A stretch of DNA of 64,000 nt from Galemys pyrenaicus. Taxonomy: Eukaryota. The notes below the pieces were generated by a model. It was not told the origin of the DNA. It saw nothing but the letters and a program-made list of their open reading frames with translations, and did no database searches. Location: contig JAGFMF010011380.1 of assembly GCA_019455555.1 (NCBI GenBank), positions 15,038,053 to 15,102,052 of the forward strand, written 5' to 3'. Positions 26,926-41,062 of this stretch are shown here, piece by piece (within the stretch, counting starts at the first letter, position 1; every line of letters begins with the position of its first letter). The position numbers and the translations under genes were made by a program.

Positions 26926-27849
26926 ACATTTAATTTTGGTTCTTTTAACGTGTATGCAGGAGCCAATCAAACATAACTCAGTTATGTTTTGGTTATTGTT
27001 TAAAGATAGTTTTTTTTTTTTTAATTATCAAGCTACAAAACTTTTTTTCAAGTTATTTTTCAAATTTTCCTATTGAAAATATCGGAGGACGTGATAAAAG
27101 GATTTTGTCTAGGTTATGAGTGATTGCAAAGATTGTTACCCTAAGTTGCTAGGAAAATCCACTTAAGGTCAAAATATTTTTTCGCTTTGAATTGTAAATA
27201 AGCAAATTTTTATGGCAGCAAGCTTTTAATTTTTCTTCTGTTAACTTGGTGTACTTAATTTACAAGATTAACTTTGTAAGTGAATAATTTTCGATAATCT
27301 GACAGATCTCTTGAGAGGGTCACAACTGATAACTTTGGCTTACTAAAGTCAGCCAATGCTTACATAACTATACCAGACATTAGGAATACAAAGATTAATA
27401 GGTGATAGTCTCTATTTTCCAGGAACTTCACAGTCTATAAAGGAAGACATGGGACAATTCTAATAATTTAATATATATTTTAAAATAAGTTATATGTTAT
27501 AACCAGTAGTAGTTGATGGGGAAAATTTTTTTCAAAAGAATTCCAGCTAATATTTGTAGAAGAAAATATAAGAACTCACAATGTTTTGTGAAAATAATTC
27601 AGACAACAAAACGACTACGTTTTGAGCGGTAAGGGACTGAATGCAAAGTATTTCTCCACAGATTATTTGTTGGTTGAAGGGAAAGCATAAGTTAACACTG
27701 GAAACTCACTAATCAATGTTAACATTATTAAAAGTAGAACAGCCAGAATTTATGGTTCCTGTTCACAAAAAATGCTAATCCTTAATCTACTCAAAACTTT
27801 AAATCTAATTTCCAGTTTATAACAAATATGGGAAAGGAGAAAACAATCA

Positions 27850-28760
27850 GACTGTTACCGGGCTGCAGCTGGCAGGAGAAGTGGTCTCTGGCTCCTCTGC
27901 AATTAGTGTGGCAGTCCTTCCTCAGAAACCTTTTATGGAGCATCCTGCTGCCTGGATCGTGGAATGGACCAATAAGGTGTGAGCTGTGGGTTGATTGACA
28001 CCAGGACTCCGCCTCTCACCACAAGTCAGTGGTAGCAGAGCTCCTTTTGTAAGTTACACTTCCTGAATTCTGGAACAGGCCAAAATGGACCAATCAGGTG
28101 CAGGATTGAAAAATGGACCAATCAGACTGTGTGTGGGGGGAACACCTTGAAAGTGAATATAAGGCAGGGTCAAAGAGAGCATTGAGATGGGATTGGGATT
28201 TAGAGCAACCCAGAGGAGCAGAGAGAGAAGCAGCAGCCCAGAGGAAGAAGGGGTCCAAAGAAGCAGCAGAGGAAGAGGAGCTCCTGCAGAGGAAGAGGAG
28301 AAGATGGTTCCAGCCTTCGAAGAAAGGAGGGAAGCCTCCAATAGCTGCCCTCTGAGGAGGGGAGAGAGACTGAAGGACTTTGTAGGGACTGGGACTTGGT
28401 CCCGTCTGTAACACTGATTGGAAGGAGCACCAAAGTCCCTGGGCCTGGTGTCTCAAAGAGCTGTTTGTTGGTGGTATAAACCAACAACTCACAAGAGCTG
28501 TAACACTGGAACACCGCCTCTGCAGGCCCATAGTGGTCACTGCTACTGGACAGTGCTGCCTAGAACTGGTGACCGGTGACTGCCAACACTGATGCTGTCC
28601 GGATGAAGCAGCCAGCCTCTTGTGGATATGTAAGCATTCTTGTTTCCCCGTTTGTAAATAAACCCCATGGTTGTTGTTCCTGTAGCCTGAGGTCCCTTGC
28701 AATTGTGTGAGTGGGTGAGAACCCATAGACAGTGACCTGTATCAGGCACTGTCCTCTATT
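27850..28760 (+). mobile_element. Candidate solo retroviral LTR
   Basis: Three repeated (a)atggaccaatca(g) CCAAT-like motifs lie at ~27965, 28085 and 28112. A TATA-like gaatataaggc follows at ~28155. An AATAAA polyadenylation signal in ttgtaaataaaccccatgg sits at ~28655. This is the U3-R-U5 layout of an LTR. No ORF support or internal region follows it. Confidence 0.35.
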
Positions 28761-29294
28761 AAACTATATCTTCTGTTGCTATAGCCCTTGATTCTGGTTT
28801 GTGGCCTTTTGGCCTTTAGGGGCTTTTTGGGGGCTCTCTGGCCTCAGAGCCTCCTGCACTGTCTCAGTCAGAGCCTCATCCTTTCCCCTGTTTCAAGACA
28901 AATCCACAATGTGGGACATCTTGAAGGACGAATGATGCTATTTCTTCAGCAATTCAAAGACAAAAGAAGAGCAAAGAGAAAACTTCTAAATTTACAAAAA
29001 CTTGGCAAATACTTTAAATCTTGATAAAAATATATAAAATAAAATTCCTATATCTCCTGGCAGCTTATCACAAGCTTTCCATTCTCTAGGGTACCACAGG
29101 GGCAGAAGGCCTTCCACAGAGATTGTGGTTCAAGCTCAACTAATAAGGATGGTCAGAGAATACTGGAAGTCACTTAAAATGAAAGCAAGATGAGCAAGGA
29201 AAATCTTGAACCATGTGAATGAGGAGAGGCATTGGACACTGGATGAATGGCAGTAATGAATACAGGTGGTATATAGCCAAAAGATTAGATCTAG

Positions 29295-29569
29295 GGCCTC
29301 CCTGGTGGCACAGTGGGTTAAGCAACGCACTATGAAGCAAACCGCAGTCACTGCAGCACGAGTTCGATCCCTGCCACCAGCCAGGGAGGGACCCACATGG
29401 TGCAGCAGACCTCCTGCCTCGCCCACTGCTCCCTTCAGCAGTGTGTTTCAGTCAGTCTGTCTGTTCTGCTCCCCACTCTGTCTCTGGTGAATCCTCTCAC
29501 CACCCTGGACTCTGGCCTGTACCCCAACTCTTGTATGTATAAATAAATAAATCTTTAAAAAAAAATCCG
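29295..29569 (+). mobile_element. tRNA-derived SINE, subfamily A (near-consensus copy)
   Basis: It reads gggcctccctggtggcacagtgggttaagcaacgcactatgaagcaaaccgcagtcactgcagcacgagttcgatccctgcc and ends ...tataaataaataaatctttaaaaaaaaa. Confidence 0.85.
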
Positions 29570-30771
29570 GGGTTTTATACAAAGGTGGAAATGTAATGGC
29601 CTGCAAGTGGCAGTGTGGACAAGAGTGGGTAATGACTCATACCTTTCATTAAAAGTAACTCAAATGGATCACAGACATAAAACTAAAAGGCAAAACTATG
29701 AAAATTCTAGGAGATAATATAGAAGAAAATCTAAATGACTTTGGGTTTGATGATGAGATATTAGCAACAGCAAAAGCAAGATCGATGAAAGAATTGCTAG
29801 GGACACCTAGTTTCTCTAAGTAATAAGAAGTACATCAAGGGATTGCAAACCAGGAATCACAGCAGAATTATACATACTGAAGCCAAGAGCTACCTACCCA
29901 GGCCCTGGAAAAAGATTATCAGCCAGGGATGCTCACATTGTCCAAAGGCCTTGTTTCTTTCAGCTTGTTTATTCCTACAAGCCCAATTCTCTACTAGACA
30001 CCTGAAAGGGGAGAAGGAAATGAGTCTCCAGGACCATCAAGATGTCTCTCATGGCCTTAAAATATTTAAACACAAAAAAAATCTGTAATTGTCAGTTGTA
30101 TTTTATTGCCTCTGAGTTTACTGAAATGATCAGTTCTCCTTCCATTTATTTTAAAGTGGCTGCTACATTGAATAAAATCATAATTAAATCTCATTATAGG
30201 TATCTTTTAATATTTGATTATTCTGTACATAGACACATGAAAAGAGTTTAAGAAACTTGATTTAAGAAACGTTTGATTCAGCCTTGACTAATTAAGAACT
30301 CTGTGAAGAGGAGAAGTGGGTTTTATGGGTTGGATCCTCAATAGCTGCTTAGTGGCCGTATCCCAGTCTTTACCCAATTCAAGCCGCTGACAGATAGATG
30401 GATACTGTCCTTCAGTTCTTCTTACCCATTCACTTGCTTTCTTTATTTTCTCAAAATTCCAGGGATTAAAAAAATTCCTAGATTAAAAAAACATTTTCCA
30501 TCAATTTCAAAACATAAATATATAAATAAAATGTATTACCAAATCAAACATATCAAACCAATTCCATCAAAAATTAAGATATTTAATGAAACCAATTCTG
30601 ACATTTTATTAAAGTTCTTCTACCAGTCTGACATGGTGCTTTCACTTACTCAATACATTTTCAAGTATATTTCACCCATCACTTCCCAGCTTTCACTATG
30701 CTTCCTGGGCTTCACTGCTGTCTCTAGGACATCTCAAGGTTTTTCTAGACTCTTCAAATGTTTATGGCCAT

Positions 30772-31013
30772 CGGGCCTCCCTGTGGCACAAGGAGTTAAG
30801 CACCTTGCTGTGAGGCATCCATAGCCACTGCAGTACAAGTTAGATCCCTGACCAGGGAGGTCAACTACATGGCGCAACAGACCTCTCCTGTCTCACCTGC
30901 TGCTCCCCTCAGCGTTGTATTTCAGTAGATCTGCCTGCTTTGCACCCTGTCTCTGGTGACTCTTTTCTCCCTCTGCACTGTACCTCAGTTCTTGTATAAA
31001 TAAATCTTAAAAA
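30772..31013 (+). mobile_element. tRNA-derived SINE, subfamily A
   Basis: The head reads gggcctccctgtggcacaaggagttaagcacc. The tail reads tataaataaatcttaaaaaaaa. Confidence 0.75.
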
Positions 31014-31333
31014 AAATGTTTACAGTCATCACCTTTTCTTTCTTTTTGATCTAAATCCTATCCATTTCAAGTACAAACTCAAATACTGTTTTACAAATTA
31101 GGCTCCTACAAGAGCATGAATCACTTGCAGAGGACCTGAGAGTCATCATCAAGCTAGTATGTATTTAGTTATATCACATAAATCAGGGACGACTTACTAG
31201 TAAAATGTGCATAATATAAAACCGCAAGTTTGTGTCCATAAAACACCGTCAAATATTCAAGACTGCCAAATATTCCAGCCTATCTATCAAGATTCAGAAA
31301 AATTTTGAGATTTAAAAATTTTAAGATTTACTT

Positions 31334-31592
31334 TTATTTATGCATAAGAGAACTGGGGTGTAGACCAAGGGTACAGGGGGTGAGAAGGTTCACCAGAGAC
31401 AGAGTGAGGAGCAGAACAGACAGACTGACTGAAATACACTGTTGAGGGGACCAGTGGGTGAGACAGGAGAGGTCTGCTGAAGTATGTGGGTCACCTCCCT
31501 GGCAGAGAATCAAACTCATGCTGCGGTGGCTGCTGATAGCTTCATAGTGCTGAGACTTAACCTTTTGTGCCACCAAAGGGGCCAAAAATTTT
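31334..31592 (-). mobile_element. tRNA-derived SINE, subfamily B
   Basis: It runs from tttatttatgcataagagaactggggtgtagacc to tgtgccaccaaaggggcc. The reverse-complemented head has the B-type gttaagtctcagcactat. Confidence 0.7.
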
Positions 31593-31821
31593 GAGTTTTT
31601 CACTAATATTAGTTAGCTACTTCCTCTCTAGTTTTATCAACTGTTAAAAACTTGCTAGCAAATAAGTAGGAGTAACGTACACTAAAACGTTAAAGAATAT
31701 TCTATAGTGCAGAAACTTAAAAAATTTTTGAAAATTCTATCTCTCTGAATTTTCTCCCTGTGTACTGGGAAGGATCTTTATTATAAATATATTGAAGTGG
31801 TTAAGAGCTGGGTTCAGGGTG

Positions 31822-32082
31822 TCCTCAGTGGCACAGTGGGCTGAGCGGCACACTATGAAGCAAACTGCAGCCACTGCAGCATGAGTTTGATCCCTGATGC
31901 CGGCCAGGGAGGGGACCCATGTGGCATAGCAGACCTTTCCTGCCTTGCCTGCTGCTCCCCTCAGCAGTGTATTTCAGTTAGTCTGCCTGTTCTGTTCCCC
32001 ACTCTGTCTCTGGTGAATCCACTCACCCTCAACACCTCTGGCCTGTACCCCAGTTTTGTATGCATAGATAAAATCTTTAAAA
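31822..32082 (+). mobile_element. tRNA-derived SINE, subfamily A
   Basis: The head reads gggtgtcctcagtggcacagtgggctgagcggcacactatgaagcaaactgcagcc. The tail reads gcatagataaaatctttaaaaag. Confidence 0.75.
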
Positions 32083-32212
32083 AGTTATACATATATATTC
32101 TGTTTTGTTCAGAACAGAATCCAAACAGTATTTGCACACTGCCTTTGGTTGATATGTCCTCTAATTTATAGGTTCTACCTCTTAATTCCCTTGCTATTAA
32201 TTCCCATACATT

Positions 32213-32376
32213 TCAGATATTACTCTTGCATAATGCAACCCAAGAGACACGAATGCTGTGTCTACAGTGCCTATAGAGAAGAGTGTAAACAAATTTTCTT
32301 TGTAGCTTCTTGAAAGATTTAGTTAAGATGTGGTTGACCATAAAAGTGAGTTGATTAATTCTGTAGTTAAAGTCAC
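32213..32376 (-). CDS. Candidate further PARP4-like exon running into a stop codon; uncertain
   Basis: A strong splice acceptor ttccgtttccag is phase-compatible with the 36649 exon and reads (G)DFNYRINQLTFMVNHILTKSFKKLQRKFVYTLLYRHCRHSIRVSWVALCKSNI*. Its similarity to human PARP4 C-terminal GVKGRECLLDLIATMLVLQFIRTRLEKEG is only pattern-level. It would be far shorter than the human C-terminus. Confidence 0.25.
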
Positions 32377-32602
32377 CTGGAAACGGAAATCTCATCCAAT
32401 TTCATCAGTGATTTTATGACTATTCCTTCTTGTTCCAACCTGGTGCGAAGAAACTGTAGAACCAGAAATGTGGCGATCAGGTCCAAAAGATATTCTCTTC
32501 CTTTTTTACCTGAAAGTGACAAGCTGTTAGGTCTGTTGGAAACGCTTCATCATCTCAAACTGTGCCCATTCATAAAGGGTCTGTTAAAAAAACTATAATA
32601 CG

Positions 32603-32878
32603 GGGCCTCCCTGGTGGCGCAGTGGGTTAAGCAACGCACTATGAAGCAAACCGCAGTCACTGCAGCACAAGTTCGATCCCTGCTGCCAGCCAGGGAGGGG
32701 ACCCACATGGTGCAGTGGACCTCTCCTGCTGTGCCCACTGCTCCCCTCAGCAGTGTACTTCTGTTGATCTGCCTGTTCTGCTCCCAGCTCTCTGTGGTGA
32801 ATCCTCTCACCCCCCACACCTCTGACCTGTACCCCAGTGCTTGTATGCATAAATAAATAAATCTTTAAAAAAAAACTA
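32603..32878 (+). mobile_element. tRNA-derived SINE, subfamily A, with an intact 15-bp target-site duplication
   Basis: A near-consensus copy. It is flanked on both sides by aaaaaactataatac, at 32588-32602 and 32865-32886. Confidence 0.85.
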
Positions 32879-33739
32879 TAATACAATTAAACAATAATAC
32901 ATTAACATATAAAACTGTAACCATTTTCAAGGTCCATGACTAGCCTGCTGTTTAAATAAAAAGTGAGGTTGACTAGACCATGAGTCTATCTAATTGTCCT
33001 GATGGTTTTTAGGAAAATGACTTCTAACTAGAACTTTCCTCCTTTGCCATAACAAATGCAGGAAGACTGCTAAAAGGAATTCAGTTTCTAGGTTCCTGCT
33101 ACAAATAGCTCAGAAGAGTAAGTCTAAATATACAAATTAACAACGTGTAAGCAACTGACATGGTTGATGACACCAGTGTTTTAAATTTTGTGATCAGTAC
33201 TGTTGCTATAAGTATATAGGCTTAAGATGCTCCATCCTGGGTGTCATGTCAGCAACTGAAACTTAAATAACTTTCCTGTCCTTGTAAATCCTCTTTTTGA
33301 CCAGAAATGCAATTATATCCAGTCTTCCAATCTCCAAACACCAAGCCAACCCTGGGCTCTATCCTTATTTTATTGTTCCTTGATCTTTCAATTATAAACA
33401 GGGTTAAATATGCAACCCCTGTCAACACATTTAAGTCTAGTACAGATCTTTCTTTACTTGTGATGGGTTTACAGCCTAATAAACTGTATTTGTCATTTTT
33501 GCCAATCTTTGAAAAATGTGTCTGTTTATATTTTCTCTCTTTAGTAGTTCCATATAAAAATTTCCTTAGAAAAAAATTTTTTCTAAGAAAAATGTCTTTG
33601 GAATTTTGACAGCAGTTACTTATAATCTGCAGATTACTTTGGGTATTAACAATCTAAAATTTTTAACTGATGAACACAGAGTATCTTTCCATTTATTTGC
33701 ATCTTCTTCAATTTCTTTCATCAAGGTTGAGATTTTATT

Positions 33740-34020
33740 TTATTTTTTTTAAAAGATTTATTTATTTATGCATACAAGCACTGGGGTACAGGCCAGAGGT
33801 GTGGGGGGGTGTGTGAGAGGATTCACCACAGAGAGTGGGGAGCAGAACAGGCAGATCAACCGAAGTACACTGCTGAGAGGAGCAGCGGGCACAGCAGGAG
33901 AGGTCTACTGCACCATGCGGGTCCCCTCCCTGGCCAACAGCAGGGATCGAACTCGTGCTGCAGTGGCTGCGGTTTGCTTCATAGTACACTGCTTAACCCA
34001 CTGCGCCACCAGGAAGGCCC
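33740..34020 (-). mobile_element. tRNA-derived SINE, subfamily A
   Basis: It runs from a poly-T plus aaagatttatttatttatgcatacaagcactggggtacaggcc to gccaccaggaaggccc. Confidence 0.8.
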
Positions 34021-34299
34021 AAAGTTGAGATTTTAGTGTATATGTCTTTCACATCTTTGGTTAAAATTCTTCCAAGGTGTTTTACTCTTTATGATACAGT
34101 TATAATTGGAATTGTTTTCTTAATTTCTTTCTGATAGCTCATTAATGTATAGACATGCTTGATTTTGTATCCTACAACTTAACCGAATTCATTTATTAGT
34201 TCTAACAGGTTTTTTTTTTTTTTGGTGGAGTGATGAGGGTTTTCTGTATATATTATGTCATCTACAAACAGTGACCAATAGCACTTCTCTCTTCCCAAT

Positions 34300-35150
34300 T
34301 TGTATGCCTTTTATTTCTTTTTCTTGTCTAATTGCCCTGCTAACACTTCTATTACTATGTTGAAGAAAGTAGTGAGAGGGCATCCTGGTCTTGCTCCTGA
34401 TTGCAGAGAAAAAGTTCTCAGCTTTTCACCAATGAGCGTGATTTTAAGCTATGGAGTTATCACATATGCCCTTTATTATGTGAGGAACCTTTTCTCTATA
34501 TCCACTTTGTTGAGTTTTTATCATAAATGGATGTTGGACTTTGTCAAATGCTTACTTTCAGATGATGAAATCATTTCATTTTGTTAATGTGGTATATATC
34601 ACACTGATTGATTTGTGGATACTGGACCATCCTTGTATCCCTGTAATGGATTTCACTTGGTAATAGCATATGATCTCTTTGATGTATTATTGAATTTGGC
34701 TTGCTAATATTTGGTTGAGGATTTTTGCATCTATATTCCTGAAAGATATAGTTTCTTTCTTATAATGCCTTTGCCTGGTTTTGATATTTGGGTAATGCTG
34801 GTCTCACAGAATGTATTAGGGGTATTCCATCTGCTTCTATCCTCTGAAAGATACTAGAGAGAATTGGTATAATTTCTTCCTTAAATGTTTGATAAATTTC
34901 ACCATGACGTCATCTTGACCTAATTGATTTCTGTTCTGGAATGTTATTAATGACTGATTCAACTCTTTAATAAATATAGACCTATTCAGGTTGTCTAGTT
35001 CATCTTTTTCTTTTAAGGAATCTATCCCTTTATCTAGGTTATCAAATTTGTGGGCATAATTGCCCACAGCATTGAATCTACTGATCAGTTTGGGAAGAAG
35101 TGACATCTTAATATTGTGGTGTTTTCAAATTCCAATACATGGAAAATCTT
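34300..35150 (+). mobile_element. L1 ORF2 fragment
   Basis: The plus-strand ORF reads GHPGLAPDCREKVLSFSPMSVILSYGVITYALYYVRNLFSISTLLSFYHKWMLDFVKCL. This resembles the L1 ORF2 HPCLVPDFRG.AFSFSPLSMMLAVGLSYMAF region. Confidence 0.55.
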
Positions 35151-35185
35151 TTATGTATTTAGTTCTTTTAAAAGTTCTTTCAGAG

Positions 35186-35466
35186 CCCTCCCTGGTGGCG
35201 CAGTGGGTTAAGCAACGCACTGTGAAGCTAACCGCAGCCACTGCAGCACGAGCTCAATCCCTGCCGCCAGCTGGGGAGGTGACCCACATGGCGCAGCAGA
35301 CTTCTCCTGCCTCGCCCGCTGAGCCCGCTGCTCCCCTCAGCAGTGTATTTCGGTTGATCTGCCTGTGCTGTTCCCCACTCTGTCTGGTGGATTCTCTCAC
35401 CCCCCGCACCGCTGACCTGTACCCCAGTGCTTGTATGCATAAATAAATAAATCTTTAAAAAAAAAA
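35186..35466 (+). mobile_element. tRNA-derived SINE, subfamily A
   Basis: The head reads gagccctccctggtggcgcagtgggttaagcaacgcactgtgaagc. The tail reads gcataaataaataaatctttaaaaaaaaaa. It is inserted at the end of an L1 ORF2 fragment. Confidence 0.85.
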
Positions 35467-35619
35467 GTTCTTTCAATTATTGTTCATGATTTTCATTTTA
35501 GAAACCTACATCTTTCTTTATATTTATGTTTGGTATTTAATATTTTTAATATAACTGTAAATAGTATTTAAAATTTTTTAATTTATGCATTTTCTAAGAT
35601 AAATATTAGATGGTTTAAC

Positions 35620-35885
35620 TTATATGTGGAATATAGAGAAACTGAATAAAGGGTCAGGATAAAGGTAAAACCTTCAAGCTGATCACAGAGCTGAGGCATA
35701 CAAGTGGGGACGGAGGGAGAAGGATTAAGACAGAGAGGAGAGAGCACAAGGGACTGTGATGATGAATCACAGGTGTTATGGTGGTGGGAGAAATATGAAG
35801 ACTACACCTGATGGGAGAAATCAAATACTATTCAAAAATTAAGATAGATGTAAGAAAATAAATAAATTTAATTAAAAGATAAAAA
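35620..35885 (+). mobile_element. L1 3'-end fragment
   Basis: It reads ...ggggacggagggagaaggattaagacagagaggagagagcacaagggactgtgatgatgaatcacaggtgttatggtggtgggagaaatatg...caaaaattaagatagatgtaagaaaataaataaatttaattaaaag. Confidence 0.5.
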
Positions 35886-35982
35886 ACTGCATTTTCTTAC
35901 TTGTGGCTAGCATATGGAATTGAAATTGATTTTTGCTTTTTATTATTTATTCCCTAATACAACATATATATATAATTTTTTA

Positions 35983-36170
35983 AAGATTTATTTATTTATG
36001 CATACAAGAGCTGGGGTACAGGCCAGAGTCATGGGAGGTGTAGGAGTCACCAGAGACAGAGTGGGGAGCAGACAAGCAGATCAACTGAAATACCCTGCTG
36101 AGGGGTGCAGTGGGCAAGGCAGGAGAGGTCTGCTGCACCATGTAAGTTCCCTCCCTGGACAGGGTACAAC
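35983..36170 (-). mobile_element. SINE fragment lacking its head
   Basis: It reads aaagatttatttatttatgcatacaagagctggggtacaggccagag...ccatgtaagttccctccctggacaggg. The tRNA-like head is missing. Confidence 0.65.
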
Positions 36171-36648
36171 ATATATTTTAATGAAAATCTTTACTTGTTT
36201 AATTTGGGGGAAAATCACATAATCAAAGGAAGTCAATTCTTATCAAAATATATTCCCAAATAAATGTTTTAAATAAACATCCATGCTAACTTTCTAATTT
36301 ATTTATTATAGGACAAACAAAACATTCACTGTTACACAGACAGTAAGTCATAGCCTTTTCTCATAATGTATGTGGAAATTATCATATTTTTGCTGATGTG
36401 GAAATACATCATGGAAAGTTGCAGGTTAGGTGAGCACTAGCTTACCTACCAATAGACCATTTTGGAACTAGGTAAAATTTTATGAAGTTAAAGATCTGGA
36501 TATATATCCCTTTAAAAGTCATGTTTTGTTGTATTTTTTTTAATTAGTGTAGTCCCCCAACTGGGACATACACATTCAATATATATCATTTCCTGATGTG
36601 CTCCTCTCTTAAGGATGACATTTAATAAACAGAAAAGCAGTGACTTAC

Positions 36649-36748
36649 CTAGAGATTGAATGCCCTTTTGTTCCAGAAAGTCATTTAAAATATTTGTATT
36701 AAGTTTTAATATAAATCCCAGTTCTGGTGTAAGTTTCCAGAAACCATC
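36649..36748 (-). CDS. PARP4: PARP4-like exon following the large exon
   Basis: It encodes DGFWKLTPELGFILKLNTNILNDFLEQKGIQSL plus one nucleotide. The splice acceptor is tttcatag and the donor is gtaagtcac. Human PARP4 reads EDGFWKLTPELGLILNLNTNGLHSFLKQKGIQSLG as recalled. Confidence 0.65.
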
Positions 36749-37039
36749 CTATGAAATTAAGAAAACAAATATAAGCCACATTATTGAAATTTCATTCTAT
36801 CATTATACAATGAGTAACAAAAGTTCCTAATTATTTCAATTCAGTGTTAAAGATTTCTAAAATTTCTATTACTATAAAGCCAAAGTTCTTCCATATACTA
36901 CTGACACAATGTTGTTAAGAATCTCATGAAAACTAAGGACACAAAGTATCTAGTGGCATTTATAAATGATCTGGAAAGAGCCCTGTGTGTAGACATTTTT
37001 GAAAAATGGTATTATACATTTTTTCTCCTAATGATGCCT

Positions 37040-37288
37040 TTTTTTTGGCGTAGAAGAATTGCAATGTAGGTCAGAGGTGTGGGTGGTCGTGGTGGTGAGA
37101 GGACTCACCAGAGAAAGCAGGGAACAAAACAGGTGGATTTACTAAAATACACTCCTAAGGGGAGCAGGGGGCCAGACAGGAGAGGTCTGCTGTGCCATTT
37201 GAGTTACCTCCGTGGCAAGATATCAGTACTCAGGCTGCAGAGGTGATAGTGCTGAGACTTAACTTCTAGGCCACCAGGGAAGCCCCTC
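37040..37288 (-). mobile_element. tRNA-derived SINE, subfamily B
   Basis: It runs from ttttttggcgtagaagaattgcaatgtaggtcagaggtg to aacttctaggccaccagggaagccc. Confidence 0.65.
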
Positions 37289-38399
37289 CTAATGATGCTT
37301 TGAATGGAAGTTTCTCAAACTTTTGAACATCCTGGTCCCCTTTGTTCAATATTTAAGTGTGCCCTTATGTGCCCTATCCACCCTGCTAATAGTCCCTGAG
37401 AGTGTGGTAAGCTGAACACAGAATAATCCTTGAAATAGACAGACTCCAGGGCCCAGGAAAACTCATATAGGAAGCAGAAAGGAATGTTTAAGGTCATACA
37501 AAGGTATACAGGTTAAAGGATCTATGGCAATCATTTGAAAAATAACAGCAGTGATATGTGCCAATCAATCATGAAGTAGAAGCAGGTGCTATTTTAAATT
37601 TTTTTCAGCCACCTCTCTGTGGAGATACTATTATCTACTTTGTAGATGAGAGCAATGGAACACAGAAAGGTTAAGCAACTTGTCCAAAATCACACAGTTA
37701 ACAAGCAGCAGATGCAGTATTTAAGCCCCTAAAATCTGGTTCAAGGAGCCACAAATAGCAGTATCTGCTATACTGTTTCCTAAACTGTTTTTACGTACCA
37801 TTTTTTCAGGTAAAGAAAGCTGGGGTACGGTTATTATCTAGTTTAAACTTCAAAACCGCTCTGTGAGGTAGACATTATTATTATCCCTATTGTAGGGTTC
37901 AGGAAACTGAGACCCAGAAAGGTTATCTGACTTGTCTCCAATCACAAAGTGGTAGGGCTGGTGCTCAAACTTAAGTCTTTTGTTAAGTGGAGCAGGCACT
38001 CAATTTTTAGGGTGTTTATTAGTTTATTAGGGCATATAAATGGAATGATAAGCTCTAGCACCACCTTACATGTTGATATTTAAAAAATTTTACATGAACA
38101 TATTTAGAGTACACTTATAGCGCTTGCTCTTTATTTCACATTGCATTCATCCATTCTAGAACCTAGAAAATTAAGATCTTACCATGACCCTTTTAGGGAT
38201 ACTAAATCTCAACTGAAGAATAATAACATTCACAACATAATATTCTGGCTAGTAGTTAAAAATAGATAAACCCCAGTCACATTCAAGAATACCATTCTGT
38301 TTTCAGTTGACTTCTTTTTTTTTAAGCAAGATGTTCTCAATGAAGGAAGAAGTGTATAGATTTATATTCTGACCTAAGTTCCTTATATCTCTATGGTCA

Positions 38400-40136
<1,737 letters not shown>

Positions 40137-40172
40137 TCATAAGGAAAAAAAAACAGAATAAAATGAACAATC

Positions 40173-40460
40173 AGAGCCTCCCTGGTGGCGCAGTGGGTTA
40201 AGCAACGCACTATGAAACAAACCTATGAAGCAAACCGCAGCCACTGCAGCACGAGTTCGATCCTTGCTGTCGGCCAGGGAGGGGACCCACATGGCACAAC
40301 AGACCTCTCCTGCTGTGCCCGCTGCTCCCCTCAGCAGTGTAATTCAGTTGATCTGCCTGTTCTGCTCCCTGCTCTCTGTGGTGAATCCTCTCACCCCCAC
40401 CACACACACACCTCTGGTCTGTACCCCAGTGCTTGTATGCATAAATAAATAAATCTTTAA
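40173..40460 (+). mobile_element. tRNA-derived SINE, subfamily A, with an intact 17-bp target-site duplication, ~50 bp upstream of the PARP4 large-exon 3' splice site
   Basis: The head reads gagcctccctggtggcgcagtgggttaagcaacgcactatgaaacaaacctatgaagcaaaccgcagcc and carries an internal 9-bp duplication. Copies of aataaaatgaacaatca flank it at 40156-40172 and 40463-40479. Confidence 0.85.
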
Positions 40461-40799
40461 AAATAAAATAAAATGAACAATCAAACAGACTTCCTCCTCT
40501 TTCACTTCCCAATATTCAAGCAATTGAGTATCCCAGAACATTGAAGAGGAAATATCCAAGATCATTTAAGCACAATGCTTACATTTTATAGATATGGAAT
40601 CCGAGAATATCAGCAACACATACATCAAAGATCTTAATCTTTCTGTTCTAAGAATCCCAGAATGTTAAATACTTTCATTTTACAGAAGAGGAAAGTGTAA
40701 ACCACTAAAGTTACTTGCCCAAGATCTAACAATAAGCAGTATCATCGTGCATAATTTAGCCTTCAAATGACCTGTTAATTTGACATAAATTATTTCAGT

Positions 40800-41062
40800 C
40801 TAGGGCCAGAGTGTCAGCACAGTGGTTAAAGTCTCAGCGCTATCAAGCTATCATCAGCCACTGTGCCACATGTTCGACCCCCAGCAAAGGAGCTTACCCA
40901 CCCACATGGCTCAGTAGGCCTCTCCTGTCTCATCTGCTGCTCCCCTCAGCAGTGTATTTCAGTCAATTCACTTGTTCTGCTCCCCAATCTGTCTCTGGTG
41001 AATCCTCTCATCCCCCACACCTCTGGTCTACACCCCAGTTCTTATATGTATAAATAAATCTT
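40800..41062 (+). mobile_element. tRNA-derived SINE, subfamily B
   Basis: The head reads gggccagagtgtcagcacagtggttaaagtctcagcgctatcaagc. The tail reads tatgtataaataaatcttttataaaag. Confidence 0.7.

Noticed and set aside
28094-28726. A 210-aa minus-strand ORF and several 70-100-aa ORFs at 28.1-28.5 kb
   Set aside because: They lie inside the LTR-like block. They are Ser/Leu/Pro-rich and purine-run-driven (gaggaagaggag repeats), so they are not coding.
32213-32376. Treating this as the confident terminal PARP4 exon
   Set aside because: It is kept only as a low-confidence feature. Similarity to the human C-terminus is pattern-level only, the predicted tail is far shorter than in human, and no clear AATAAA signal follows it.
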